A stretch of 64,000 nt of DNA, from positions 1 through 64,000 of the forward strand of contig NMRA01000358.1 of the NCBI GenBank assembly GCA_002633005.1, in the 5' to 3' direction. The notes beneath the pieces are model-generated. The model had not been told where the DNA came from. It was given only the letters and a program-made list of their open reading frames with translations, and did no database searches. The position numbers and the translations under genes are program-made. Numbering within the stretch: the first letter of the stretch is position 1; the number at the start of each line of letters is the position of its first letter. The DNA comes from Phoronis australis (Eukaryota > Animalia > Phoronida). Below, piece after piece: positions 1 through 13,700 of this stretch.

Positions 1-968
1 GGTTCGATTCCCGAGGTTGGGCAATCTCGGCTATTATGACAGTGTATTTAACTGATCCCAGCTTGTACAAATACTCTTACGCGATCATCCTTGAACGGTC
101 AGGCTTCGTTCAGTTATTGCCCAAATCGGCAGTCCTCACATGTGTGCTTCATGACTTTGTTACGTACGATTCATGCTCGTTTCCACACGCAGGGATGGAC
201 ACTGTCCTCAGTCCCCAAATGTGTACTTTACGGCTTTAGTTATGTACAATTCAAATTCGTTTCTGGATGCAGTGATGGACTTTGTCTTCGGTACTCTCAT
301 GTGCGCTTCACGACTTTATTATGTACGATTTATGTCCTCTTCTTGGAACTCAGTGTGCACCAAATTTTTGAACATTTTATATTCTCTCTAATACACACAT
401 GCACTGCACTCTTGGAGAAGTTTAATCATTGCCACACCAAATTGTGTGTCAGTGCATGTCATAGTATCAACTCTTAACTTGTCGATAAGTTAGTGTATGA
501 AACCTAAACAACATTGACTGCTTTGTTTAGTGAGATATGGATAAAGTAAAATATGAGCATTTTCGAACAAAAATAATCGCCATAATTTCATAATTTGTCA
601 ATTTGCAAAAACTTAGTTGTAAAATTGTTTAGAATTCTCACAATTTCAACAGACTTAGTTTCTTATGGTGTCTAAAACATCATGAAAATTTTTAACAAAT
701 GACGTAAGATTTATTTGGTATAATACTTATCGAATGAAAAACTATAAAGTAAAAGTTAACTTGTCGGCCATGTTGTGTTCTGAATTGGTGCGATATTCAT
801 GTAAATTGTAATCACATGCAGAGTTAATAATAGGCTTCATATTTATAGCCTGGAACAAAAACAGTCTATGTATAAATCCTACTGGTGACAATAGACAGCT
901 AGCAGAATGTGAATGACTATTGTGATGGCTGAATGGCTGATCCATCCCTAACATCACACTACTATCTA

Positions 969-3900
969 TAGTCGGTGGGCCAAATCTCATAGCGTTCACC
1001 CTTGTGAGTACTTTGGGGGGGCAACCTAGTTTTTTCTATGTGGCTAGATAATATAACTAAAAATCAAATTCCAAAAAGTTCCCACGTCTACACTTGCACA
1101 TTTTTTTTAAAAAAAGGTGTTTTTGTTGCACAAAATATGATGCATATTCCTGCCACTTGATGGCGCTTTTCTAGTGAATTGACCAATCAGAGAGCCAGAT
1201 TGTATTGTTGTGCTTAGTTACTTCAATATGGCTGCTCCCATGGAATGTGATGTCTGTATAATTCAAGGTTTATCAAACAGCACAAAATTGTGATGTCAGA
1301 GCCTAAAGAAGCTTAGGAAAGCTTCCTGACGAAAGCTGATTGACTGTGGAACTCTGTAGATCAGTAGATCAAAAAGAAGAAGAGGTGTCACAAACGTTTG
1401 TGCAGAAAACAGCTGCATGCCCTGGTAGCCTACACAGTATACTGCTGAGTGCTATAGACTAGAATACCAAGTGTCAGACCAGAAAATTGAAAGGACATAG
1501 AACGGCATAGCAACGTTTCAAGGCACCAACAGTAGTACTAAAGCTGAAGTTGCTGAAAGTGATACAGATGTTATCCAAGATTTCCCAAGAAAATCAATCA
1601 CTTCCAAAATCTGAAACACCCAATTAACCTGAACAAGATAGGAACATTCTGAAACATGAGTGCATCATTTGTTAGCAGGAAAAGTACATTATGGGCCACA
1701 TTTCAAGAAAGAGAAAGAAGTATAGCTTTCAAAAACAGGTACGTGTTTTTTAAAAATACATTTTGGTGTTTTCCACGTGTGATTCAGTATTATCACCAGT
1801 TGTTTTTTAACTTGTTCAGCCCCTTGACTGCCTAGGCCTTAGACAATACTGCTGACCCAGTAGAGACGATGATCATACTATAGGTACTTCATATGCCGGA
1901 TACTTTTCGGCAAATTATGTTCCTATAAGTTTAGAAGTACCGCGTAGAGAGATGCCTCTGAGGAGGTCGTTAATGTTTTCATTTGTTCCCAGTTTAAACA
2001 AATACTCCTGCAATCCTGTTTTTCGAACACTCCATTCAGTTGCCTCATCGACACTGCTTGCATTAAGGGATAATCCTATGGTGTTATACTGTGGGTGTGA
2101 TTTTAAAGCACTTTAAGTCAAAAATTTTTGAGAAGGTTAAATGGAGTAGATGGTTGCAAACAACATGCCCAAGTGGCCGTCATCCCCTGCTGTAGTCTCA
2201 TTTTTTTGTAAACATTAATTACTTAGGTAGCTGCAATGATAATTAAATTAAAGTGCCTAAGTGGCCATCGTCGCCGTCGAAATTTGAGGACGATGGAAGC
2301 CACTGTCCATTTCGATTACCTTAAGTGTAAATCGATTGACTATGGTTTGAGCATCTGATTTAGAAAAATTAAATTTCAATCATTGCACTGGTATATCAGC
2401 TGATTTATTTTCAGTTGCATCAACTGATCTAATTATTAGACGATCAACATTATTAGGCTACAGATCAGACGGCATGTAAATTTGTTAGGCTGGTGGTGGA
2501 TCAGTCCTGATAAGTCCGTCTGAAAAAGTTGCATGCCAACTCACTCATAGTTGAATGTTAAATTAGTGTTAACAGTTCGGGTTTTTTTCAGTTGGACTTG
2601 TATCGCAAGCAACAGCTCAGTCCAGAGCCCTGAATATGCAAATGAAATTCAAAGATAAAGACCTTGTGTCTTAGAAGCCAAGTACCACAGATCATCATGC
2701 TATAAAAAATAGAAAGACAACGATTGTGAAGAGTGACGAATTCACAGTTTTCAGAGATGTTTTTCTACAGTTTTGTTTGGAGTTCATTGAATCGAAGCTT
2801 CTAACACAAAGAGATGTCATTTGCCTTTCAAAACTAAAGCAAGACTTTGAAGCTGTTCTTCAGAAAGCTGGTGTGCATGAAGTTATTTGGACAGGCAATC
2901 TTAAGAAATATTGTTGAAGCTACTCACTGTTGTAGTTTGTGCCCGACTAAGAGATACGAAAGTGAATTGAGGCTAGTGTTCAATAATTCACTTGCTGACT
3001 CTAATTAACACAGCCCATTATAACATATTTTGAATCAAACGTTTGCCCAAATAGTGCCCGCCTCCAAACAAGGACTTAGTGTTTGACCCTTCATTGCCTG
3101 CGGGCTAATCACCAGTGTGCAGTGCTGTACCCTCTCTAATCGACCATAGTTGGCTCCTTGGCGGTGGAGCTTTGCAGTTAATATGTATGGCAATGACCGC
3201 ATCTCCATTGACAGTACTAAACGATGAACGCTGCAAGTGCAAAAAGAACATGTGTGCTGGGAAACTGAGTTTGTGCTGCAATGCTGGGTCAAACTGTACA
3301 GAAATGTGCAGCTGTGACAACTGTAGTAACATCAGCAACACTGACTGCATAACATTGGATAGTTCTTTGACAAGTCAACCCTAAATAGACCTCCAACCCC
3401 GTTATTTCCTTTTTTGTATTAAAAAGTTAATTTTATTTGTTGATTAAGTCATAGAAAGTACATACTTTGATCATTGTCATGTATTTGTCTCATACTGCTT
3501 GATAAACGCTGTCAGAATAATCTATTATTTTCATACAGTCTTTGTGCACATTCACAGAGATCATTCAACTACCGGTATATTGTTTTTGTACTATAACGTA
3601 TTTCTGGTGTATTATGCAAACAAGCTGTATTTTACACCATTAGTCAATGTTTTAGTCATTGAGGCACAAATTTTGCCCAGTCTCAAGTGTTTTGTGTTAT
3701 TTTTGTTGCCTGACAATGCCAGAATAACTTCCTAGTAACATTCAGACTTAGTTTGCATTTTTGCCACTAGGTGTCTCTTTACGTTTTTTAAATTTCACTG
3801 TTTACAATTAATTTACAATAGTAAAACGTGTAATGTGAGTGTAATATTGTTCAATACAATGGCACTGATGGGACCATATTACTTGTTTTACAAAAAAGTC

Positions 3901-4127
3901 ACCAAAACTGTTGTTTTTACAAATATAAGTTTACTAAGCTCTTTGGTGATTATTATGTAACTTCAAACTCAAATTTCTCAAAAATGTGCAACTTTATATG
4001 TGGGAACTTTTTAGATTTTGAAAACACTCTAATAAATGAATTAAAAAACACCAAAATAAAATTGCCCCCCTAAAGTACTCACAAAAACCATTTTCTAGAG
4101 GCCCTACAAAATCTGGCCCACCGACTA
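969..4127 (+). mobile_element. Degenerate, internally deleted Academ-like (AcademX) DNA transposon
   Basis: Termini TAGTCGGTGGGCCA...TGGCCCACCGACTA with further inverted match TTGTGAGTACTTT(G/A)GGGGGGCAA. Flanked by CTA on both sides. Broken coding motifs: CIIC (about 1660), DLV..EAKYH..C (about 2660), PPNKD..LHCLRANHQ (about 3060), and a C-terminal Cys-rich finger CKCKKNMC...CTEMCSCDNCSN. Confidence 0.72.
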
Positions 4128-4377
4128 CTATGAAGTCCTTGAAGGTGTTGAACCCTGGTCCTGACCTGTGTGTTTGATTCACCTCTTGTTTGCATTACAT
4201 AGGTCTTACAGGTATTATCAACAGATTTTATGTCCCACACATTGCCAGCAATAAAACATTATGTGCATCTTCTAAACTTTAGATCCCAGAGATAAAAAGA
4301 ATACCTGCTGCTGGTAAAAGGAGCCCATATTAAGGAATTCGATCTTTCCCATAAGAGTTCCAGGAAGGGAACTTTGT

Positions 4378-4470
4378 TTTGTGTGTAGTATGCGTATATG
4401 TGCGTGCGTACGTGCGTGTTTGCGTGCGAGCCTGTGTGTGTGTGTGTTTGTGTTTGTGTGTGTCTGTGTC
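4378..4470. repeat. Imperfect (GT)n microsatellite
   Basis: GT/GC alternation upstream of exon 1. Confidence 0.85.
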
Positions 4471-4511
4471 TATCATCTCATATGTGTTAAAAATTACTTA
4501 TTCTTTCCCAG

Positions 4512-4751
4512 AATATGCATTTGTGTCAGACTCTGACAAGAGGACCATCTGGCAAATGGACCTATCCGACACATCGAAGGCCTTGGTTCATCAGGCGTAC
4601 ACCATCAGTCGCTACAGTCCCTCTTATCTCGCCTGTGATACTAAGTCTCAGTATATTTACTGGGTGGATAACCGCAACATGAAGATAAAGAAAATGTCAG
4701 TGGTAAAGAACGGCACTTCCGGCTATGGCTCTGTCTTGTCATTTGATTTCA
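4512..4751 (+). CDS. Exon 1 (in window): propeller 1, YAFVSD...YIYWVD
   Basis: ttcccag|AA TAT GCA...TTC A|gtgagt; phase 1-1. Confidence 0.85.
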
Positions 4752-7700
4752 GTGAGTATCTTAGTCATGTTTGTGGCTTACATCAAGTGCGTTCCGTTCA
4801 GTTTGTGTTAGTATTGAATCTCATCCTTCAGTTTGAAATTAAGCACTGACGGGGGAAATACCATGAGTCTTCGTGTTAACGCCCTGGTATAAATGATGCT
4901 CTGGTAAATTGGCGAACCCATAAATTTGCATGTGGTTGGTTAACCAGACATGGGGGCTTAATCGAAAATCCACTTATAGTGAAAAATGGGCGTAACTCAG
5001 AGACTTATGCTATGTTTTTCGTTCCCTTTCCAGTTTTGGCCATGTTGAAGCTGATGCACTTGTGTGTACTAATCATTTCAGTAATGACTGACTTTGTTTT
5101 TTTCAAGCTTTCAAAGCAGCAACATTGTGAAATATTTTCATTAAATTCAAATCTCCATTTCCTCTGGTTTTTCTGTTTGAATACTCCAAATCAGGCCAGT
5201 TTCTGCTTCGAAGTTGTTCTAATGGTTTCCTTACCATGAAAAGACTTTATTTTTGTTGGCATGAAGAATACCATGTTGACATGCCTATTTCTGGACTTCA
5301 CATTTGGGTGGAAAGTAAGCTAAAATTTTTTTTGTTGATAATACTGAATTAAGAATTTTCTTTGTAAACTTTCAGTGAACACTATGGGTGGTCTTGCAAT
5401 AGATGAAAATGCCCGCCTTGTGTTTTTCACTGATGTGACTGAAAAGAAAATTGGTGTGATCAGTATTCGAGGCGGAGCGTCATACTACAGTTTCATTGCC
5501 CAGAACCTGAGCCAGCCGACAGGAATCGCCGTTGATCCTCAGAACAGGTGTGGGCTTTGTGGCTACATAATCGTAAATCTCCGCGAGAGACTTATTCGTT
5601 GCTTTCCCATTTAATGAAACCGTGCTCTATCAAAACTCCAGCACAGCCCCCCCTGGAGGCTCTTGCATGAACTCCTTTCTGGTAGCAACATCAGATTTAC
5701 CTCTAGTGTTGGGGATTGAACACCAGATGGCATTGTCGATTTGCACTCTTGGGTTGTTGCATGCTATGACCCCTGACGATTACTCTTATAAGGTGTAGAT
5801 TCAACCTTAAGTTCCTCGTCTCAAGGGGTTTGTGCAACTGCGCAGCTTTAATCCGGCATCTTTTTTGACTGAAGTAGCCATGACTGTTTATGTCTGAGAG
5901 TTAAACTTTCCCAATTGACTGAAAACCACGGAAACGGGGGAGGTGCGGTGTTGATGAGAAAGTGACAAAATTGTCTTGTAGATTCTCATGTATTTTTCAC
6001 ACCTTTAACAAAAAGGTTACATTGCACAGTAGACAATGTATATAAAGACATGACTATTGAGGACGATGCACATGCACTCTGCCTCATTCTAATTATTTAG
6101 TCTTGTATCATACCATATTAATGTGAACAATTGTTGAAGCTTAAAGGTGTGGTATTGATTATTTTCAGGAGTAACAGAAACCGTTTTTGTGTTTCATTTC
6201 ATATTTATGTTCCGCTGTTAGTAATGTGTGCAAGACAAAGCACGCTTCCTACCACAGCATATCTTATGAAAAGTCAATGCTTTCGTTTCTTGTAAACTAA
6301 ACTATTAAGTGTTGTCGACTTTTCTTGCTCAAAGATGAGTTGCTTACCTGGTTATGGAATTTTTATACTGATAAGGTAACGATTCTGTTAACGACGGATG
6401 GTGGTAATTGTGTTGTATTATTTTTGACATAGCCTGCCAGCATCCAGGCAGAGTTTATCGATCAAGGTGGTTAACTTGTCATAAAATCAGATGAATGTGA
6501 ATTGGTCAGTTATTCACAAAGGAGAGCTGGACATTCTTTTATAGATCCTAACCACACAGCAATATGCTATCGATATGCTATTGATATGCTATCAATATGC
6601 TATCGATATGCTATTGATATGCTATCAATATGCTATCAATATCAGATNNNNNNNNNNNNNNNNNNNNNNNNNNNNNNNNNNNNNNNNGCCGGGAGGGGGG
6701 GTTGGCCTCTAATGGCTGGTACTTATAGAACTGGGTGATTGTGATTTGTTTGACACACCAAATATCTGGGCACAACTAGTCCTATTTGGAATGAAAGAAC
6801 GCATGCAATAGTTTTAGTAACAGGAAAGGTGTTAAACTTACTGCGTTTTTTCAATGCCTACATTCACCAATTTTTTGTAACTTTTAATGCTGCTCTCGGG
6901 TCTGTGAAGTTCTCTTATCAATGAAATTTGAACCTCGTTTTTTTCTAAGTTGCTTTTAGACAATTGTGCAGTGTTATGAGTTAGAGAGGTGTAACACCAA
7001 TCACACTTATATCAAAAATCTATAAATATTAATATCAATATTAATGATACTTTATTAGGTTGTTGTATTGGAGTGATCCCCTGAAGCAGACGATCGAGGT
7101 GTCGAATTACGATGGAACCAACCGCAGAGTTGTGCTGCAGGGACACTTGAATGGCACTAGAGCTATGACATACGATCAGATAGGTAAGTCACCGCGGACA
7201 CAGTAGCCATGGCAACGGTTCCCAGTGGTGGTCTGCAGGTTTCTGACCTTTGTGTTAGGCATGTATTGAATATGTCTCCATATGAATAACAGTGATACAA
7301 TTATTGATCACTGACGCATGTCGATACTGGCATTCAGGGTTATTCCTTTATTCTTGTTTGTTCTTGTCTTAAATTTCAACACCACAGCTTTGAAACAATT
7401 TGAATGGATGCAGGTATGCCCTCAACAATAGCTGTGTTGTTCTGGTCGACAAAGCCTGCAATATCACCCTACATACCTGTGTTGGGAAGCTCCACCTATA
7501 TCTAGAGTTAGACACTCCTATCGCTAAACTCTTATGTGATGAACTGAACTTATTTATGTTACCAAATATGACTCATGGTGTTGATGAGTATTCAGTCCAC
7601 ATTATACCCTTAAGTAGCTTCCTTTTATAATGCTTATCTCCTCTGTTGTTTTATTGTCCCAATTTGCTGTTTTGCAAATTTCATGCCCGGGAAAGTTTTG

Positions 7701-10700
7701 TTAATATAAAATTATTTGGGTAATGTACATATATGACATACAAGCCATTGTATTAAAATAATTATTATAAAACTACACAGTTGTCATCACAAAAAAGGTG
7801 ATAAGCTATAAAGGCTTTCCTTGTGAGACAAGTTTTGAATCATTATTTTTGAATAGGGTTTTTAAAAAACTTTAATTATAGCAATGGCTCAAAACTTGTG
7901 CATGCAAACTTTTGTCCAACATGGCAGAAACAAGTCAGCAAACGACCGGTCAGAAAAAATGGCCATCAGACTGGCTAATTTGTACCTGGTGAACTTCACA
8001 ACTGACTACACTTCTGACTTCACACATGGCTTTTGAATATAATGTAAAAACACCAGTCGTGTCGTGTTACATCCATTTTTGCAATTTCCAACAATTTGAC
8101 ATAATTATGAAAAATTGTTGTGCAAATAATGTGAAAAATACATCTCAGAATGTTGTGATGATTTTCTATTTGTCCCAGATTTCCAACCCACGTCTACCAG
8201 TGAATGACCGATCGGTGATTAGTTGCCGAACCGTAGAACAAAGATTTGTGACCTGCGCTGTATGGTCGTTGGCTCTCAGATTATTTGTATGACAGTCACA
8301 ACATTTCAAGCTGATATAATTGTGATACGCTTTTCCAATGGTTTGTCACTGCCTGACGACTAAGGTGGACACAGACATTATGCATTACCCAACGTGGGGG
8401 AATAGCCTCATTCTGACCTATTAATGGAGGTAGAAAACACGCACAGCTAACCTGACTTTCGTAAGGTCAATGTCAAACTGCTATTCTGGGCAGGGTTGAG
8501 AAAGAACATTGTATTGCACCGCACTCAACTTCACAAAATTCTTGACATCAACACTGCAATTTAGGGTGTAGATTAAGGTGTATTGGAATTCATTCTGGGC
8601 TTGGATGGCTGGTTGGTGGCTCAGAATTTTGTGGGATAGTTGTAAATCATGGGTGTAGTTCACACACAATAAGTTGAGAAGATAATTGTTTTATTACTCC
8701 ACATAGATTCTGAATAGTCAGCCTGTAATGTGTGCTACATCTTGGCTAATAATGTTGTGCCCCGCAGCTGTTCTAATCAGTTTCAAGTAATACACTGTCG
8801 CTCATTTCAGGGCACACATTATACTGGTGTGATTCTGTAACGCATCGCATTGAGTCGTACAACGTGACACTGGCCGAAAGAAGCATTGTTGCAAACTTCA
8901 CGTCATTGAACAAGACAATTAATATGTGTCAACAGATTGCTGTTGATAATGAGAAGATTTACTACATCAGCAATGAGAAAAAGTAAGTATAACTTCAGGA
9001 CCGGAGACTATACTATTCATGGATATTCTGTTGAGAGGGCAGGATATGCTAGACGGATGCAGGAGCTAGGTGAAGCCGTGAAACGATTTGCTGACCAGCA
9101 AATGACCATTAGAGGGAAGCGGGGGATGGGTGAAGCACATTACTGACACGCAAGTGACCCCCCTTTGTGCCCCACACATCCCAGCTTTACTTTGTCGCGG
9201 TCTCGTTGTCGTTACCTGTGGATTAAATACTGTATCAATTGTTCTTGGTTTGAACATTTGCTGATATTGCGTAGAATTTGATTGTTTGAACTTTGTTGTT
9301 CTTGCACCAGACATCACCATTGTTTGAGCAGACTGCCAGACAGAGATACCAGAAGTTAGCTTTCATGTTTCATTGAATTTTGTTGAAAACAAAATGATTC
9401 GGGCGTAGGCTCTGGTTTTAGGCAAATTGTGACTCATTGAATAGAGACTGTTGGTGACATTCTTCAGTCAGTAAAAATATGGTTATTCTATGCCACTTGG
9501 GAGCTCATCTCAAACCATACATCCTGCAACACTTGGTAAAACTTACATTATTTGTAGCATGGTATTGACCCTTTGAGCAAATGAAAAATTGCTATTTGGC
9601 AATTATTTTGTGTCAAATAGGGGAAACATTGCTGTGTTTCACTTCCCTCAGTTTAGTTGCTAGAATGCGGCGTCAATGTTTTGTCTTTGCGAACCTATCC
9701 TACTTGTTGTCATGGAGTTTCTTTGTTTTTGTGAGAGTGATGTGTCTTGCTAGAAGAGTTCACCACTCTCTAGTCTTAAAAAGTTAACTAACACTTGAAA
9801 GTGTATTTTTCTGGTACATTAATCCTTTACTTCGAGCACTTCTATCAACAAGTTTTACAAAATTGAGTGCTACTTTTGAACTTTGTGTTGTCTTGGAGCT
9901 GAAGAGTCTTGTCAGATCTCATCTAATCACCTGCTTTCACCTGTTTTTTAAGATTTCTGATGTGTCTATAAGAGTACATGCGACATGTTCTCTCATAGTC
10001 GTCACAGCGGTAGGCCAACTTGTCCTGGATGGACAATCCATTATTATCCTACTAAGTTCTTCCTTCATAAGAATCCAAACAAGACTCAAGCTGCACACTA
10101 AACTGCAAATCCATTCATCTCTTCCAAACAATTTGTTGTGTTTCAAAAAGCGTAATATGTGGTAGAAAGTCATATCCGGTGCTGTAATTCTCACCACTCA
10201 AAATTATGGAACTTTTCAATCATTGTAGTGTTTTAAAATGACCAGTCTGTGTATAGCGTTTTGACTTTTGACACATGAAGTATGTGGACTGAAAGAGTGT
10301 CAGTTTGAATAATTCCCGATAGACAGTAGTTTGCAAATTAATCTGGACAGGATTGAAATTCTCGACACTTGTGGCAAGTTTAAAAATAAACAATCAGGAC
10401 AGGGCTATAGGCACAATTAATAGTGTTATGTTAAACGCGAAGGCAACCCTTTTTCATGTCCTTTTTAGCAAAAATAATGTTCGTTGGTTATCCCAGACAA
10501 ATTTTCCACTTAATTACAGCTTTCTGTAATTTAATGAATTATTCGTTCTCTACTCCGGAAGTGACGTTTTGGGAGGCAAGCATTTCGCGCCAATTTCTTT
10601 TCATATAGTCTGACCGTGAGAGCTGCCGAGACAGTCATTGTTCTATCTCGGTTGTGATAAGTTCGGTCGTCGTTTGCTATTGTTTGCGAGTCAGTCAACA

Positions 10701-13700
10701 TGCCACAGACAGAGGAACAACTGTCCCACTTGCCCGAGTGTACCACGACACACTCCCACTGGATAGTGACCTGAGCCCACAAACTGCTTACACCCCGCCG
10801 TGTGACTCCCTCGCCAGACACCTGGCACCTTCTAAATAGCTCCAATACTTTAAACAAGTCCACAATAAACTTATCAAAGTTTGGCTCACCGATATGTTCA
10901 TTGAAGGACGAACTGTACTGTTCACTGACTGGACCTGTATTCACTTCCACTACTCAACATTGCAGCAGGGCTGCTGACAGGTTTTGGGCCATAATGGGTA
11001 CATCCCGGTACGCAGCAACAGTGTGGCATGTTGACTGAGTCGTAAACAAAAGCAAACGACGACCGAACTTATCACAACGAAGGTAGATTAATGACTGACG
11101 CGACAGCTCTCATCGTCAGACTATATGAAAATAAATTGGCGGGAAATGCTTGCCTCCCAAAACGTCACTTCCGGAGTAGAGAACGAATATTTAGTTAAAT
11201 TACGAAAAGCTGTAATTAAGTTGTAAATATGTTTCGGATAACCAACGAACCTAATTTCTGCTAAAAATGACATGAAAAAAGGTTGCCTTCGCCTTTAAAT
11301 TACTCTTGGAATGACAAAGTGCTGTTTTACTGCAACAGAAGTGGACTAAATTGCCAAATAACGTTGGTTTGAAGTTTGTTGTAATTTGAACTGTGATGAC
11401 GTTTGTCTAGGTGGTTTATTTTGGAACTAAAACTACTTGATAAAGAAGGACTATGTGTTCATAACTAAAACTTATTCATCTTTGCTTATGTAATTATCCT
11501 AAGATCTGAGATAAATATTGGCAAGTTGAGTCACAACCCCAGCTGTATGTCAGAGTCGTTGATTTCCTATATTGGTGTTGTTTGGCTTGGTTGGACCTAA
11601 TGCAGAGTGCGATCATGTGACAGTGCTTCTAGTGTGTACGTGCTTGCCAGAGGATGACGAGGCTCTTTTTTTCACTGTTATGAATATTTATTGACCAAGC
11701 ATGACAAAGTAACAACAATAGTAAAGTCGTTACGAATATTTCTTGTTGTGCATACAGGGCTAATTTTCCAGTATGAGTGTGTGTGAATAGAAAAGAGCAA
11801 GCTTTGAAATGACCGCGTTAGGTGATTTAGAGAAAAAAGGGTGTCTCTTATTGCAGTAAATGTATGTAACTGGTCAGTGCATCACGTTTTTAAAGATCTG
11901 AAAAAGCATTAGGTAAAGCACTGATTTTTTCTTCATAATCACCATTTGAGTGATGTCGAAATGTACGCTGGCTGTTTGCCTTCTCCCCTCCCTCCCCTCC
12001 CCCCCTCCCCCTCCCACCTCCCTCTCCCCATCCTTCCCTCCTTCCCTCCCTCATTCTGCTCCCTAAACTGCATGTTTACACTCATGAAAATGGCAATCAT
12101 TGTGAATGATCCCTTTTAATATGCATTTCTCACTTTACATTCGGTGATTATGATGGAAAGTCTTTCTATAAGGTTATCAATAAACTGTGCTTTAATAACA
12201 CTTCTTTCAGGATGCTTCGTGAAAAAGTTGTCCACTTTGTAACTGATCCTTTTTGGTGCGTGTCATTTTTCCAGACACATAATGTACATGAACAAAATGA
12301 ATGTGTCTGACATGGGCCAGCTTGACGATGTGGCAGACTTTGGTAAACTTGGTGGCCTGACACTGTGCAAGGATGACCTGTTGTATAAAGGTAATATATA
12401 ACAGTCGTGTACATTTATTTAATGTATAGTTGAACAGCTGAACTGTTCTGGGTCATGTGTTGACATAACATTTTGTTAAATGGTGAACCAATGACTCTTG
12501 ACCCATTAGATGTTTTTGATGTATGTTTTTCCCAAAAGATTAATGTTAAAGGAATGTTAGTCTGTGTTCAATGTGAAATGAATGCTTTCAATATGAGATT
12601 AAGATGCCTGGACGAAAGCATTATTAGAGAGTTTCACCAGTTTCACTGTGAAAGTTGACGTGTTTTACAGAATGAAATTAGACAGTCTTTCAGGGTATGT
12701 ACTTTTCTCACCTTATTAGGGCATTGCCTCGTTCAAAAAGTTTTGTCAAAAAGCCCTCATTTGACTGTCTCTATAAAACATTTTTTTCACCAATGTCCTA
12801 TACTTAGAGGCTCTGATATCATGCTGTGTCATATCAGTTTTTTGCTGTGGTTTTGCATTACCTTCATCACGACTTTTCACGGTAATTTTTAACAAACTTG
12901 TTGCTTTTAACCGATATGCTACTCATAACTAATTGATTTGCTCTCCATTATTTCACCAGATTGGATCATCCTAAAATAATTCAACATTCTGAACAGCTGT
13001 AGGACAATTAAGCAAATTGCAATTATGGCCACTGAAATCCAGCAACACCTGATGCCTGTAATCATGGCTGGTTTCATGGTGTTTTGTATGCAGTGTACCT
13101 ACAGGCTCTGAGTTTTATATTGTGTTTTGATAATTATGTACCTGTAGGTGGCTCTGGGTGTATAGTGCTTTGATATACCTGTAGCTGACAGAGTTTATCT
13201 TGTTGTTTTTATACACAGTCCTGTAGGTAGTTATGGGTTGATGTTTAGACACCTGCAGTTGGTTGCTTGTTTATAGTGTTTTCATACACCAGTAGGTGGA
13301 TCTGTGTTTCTGGTGTGTTTATATACTGGTGGATGGCTGTGGCACAGGCGACTAGCTTGTCGGCATATTTGTCTTTGTTTATTCAGTTAAATTTTTTATG
13401 CAATTAAGTTAATAGAAAGATGAATGTTCAGTTTATGATCTCATCACTTTCTTGCACGCCAATTGTAAGACATTACGCACCATTTCCCTGGACTGTTAAA
13501 CCAAGAAATTTCAGTGTCAGTGTTTACAGTCACAAAAAAAGAATCAGCAGTTGAAAGTTGAGTCTAATTTCTCTGAAAGTTAACCGTTTTTCTCAGTTCG
13601 AAGTTCACAGCATTTATGAATGTTTCTTTGGAGATAGTATTTTTTAAATAACGGTTAGTGTCAGATGAGCTGTTTTCAACATAATTGCGAGCTTAATTAT

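Noticed and set aside
1-477. B-box-like GGTTCGATTCC at the window start and ORFs 36-477
   Set aside because: The motif is truncated by the window edge; the ORFs have no recognisable domain or fitting splice sites.
1807-2561. Possible TTAA-flanked piggyBac-like insert inside the Academ element
   Set aside because: The terminal inverted match is too weak to support.
9863-10197. ORFs as the candidate exon between exons 4 and 6
   Set aside because: The phase does not fit and there is no propeller motif; 12275-12390 fits exactly.
11981-12063. C/T-rich tract with G4 or triplex potential
   Set aside because: Ordinary low-complexity intronic sequence with no further support.
12960-13060. Acceptor-like site followed by a QIAIMATEIQ peptide, a possible alternative to exon 5
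   Set aside because: In-frame stops lie between the acceptor and the peptide.
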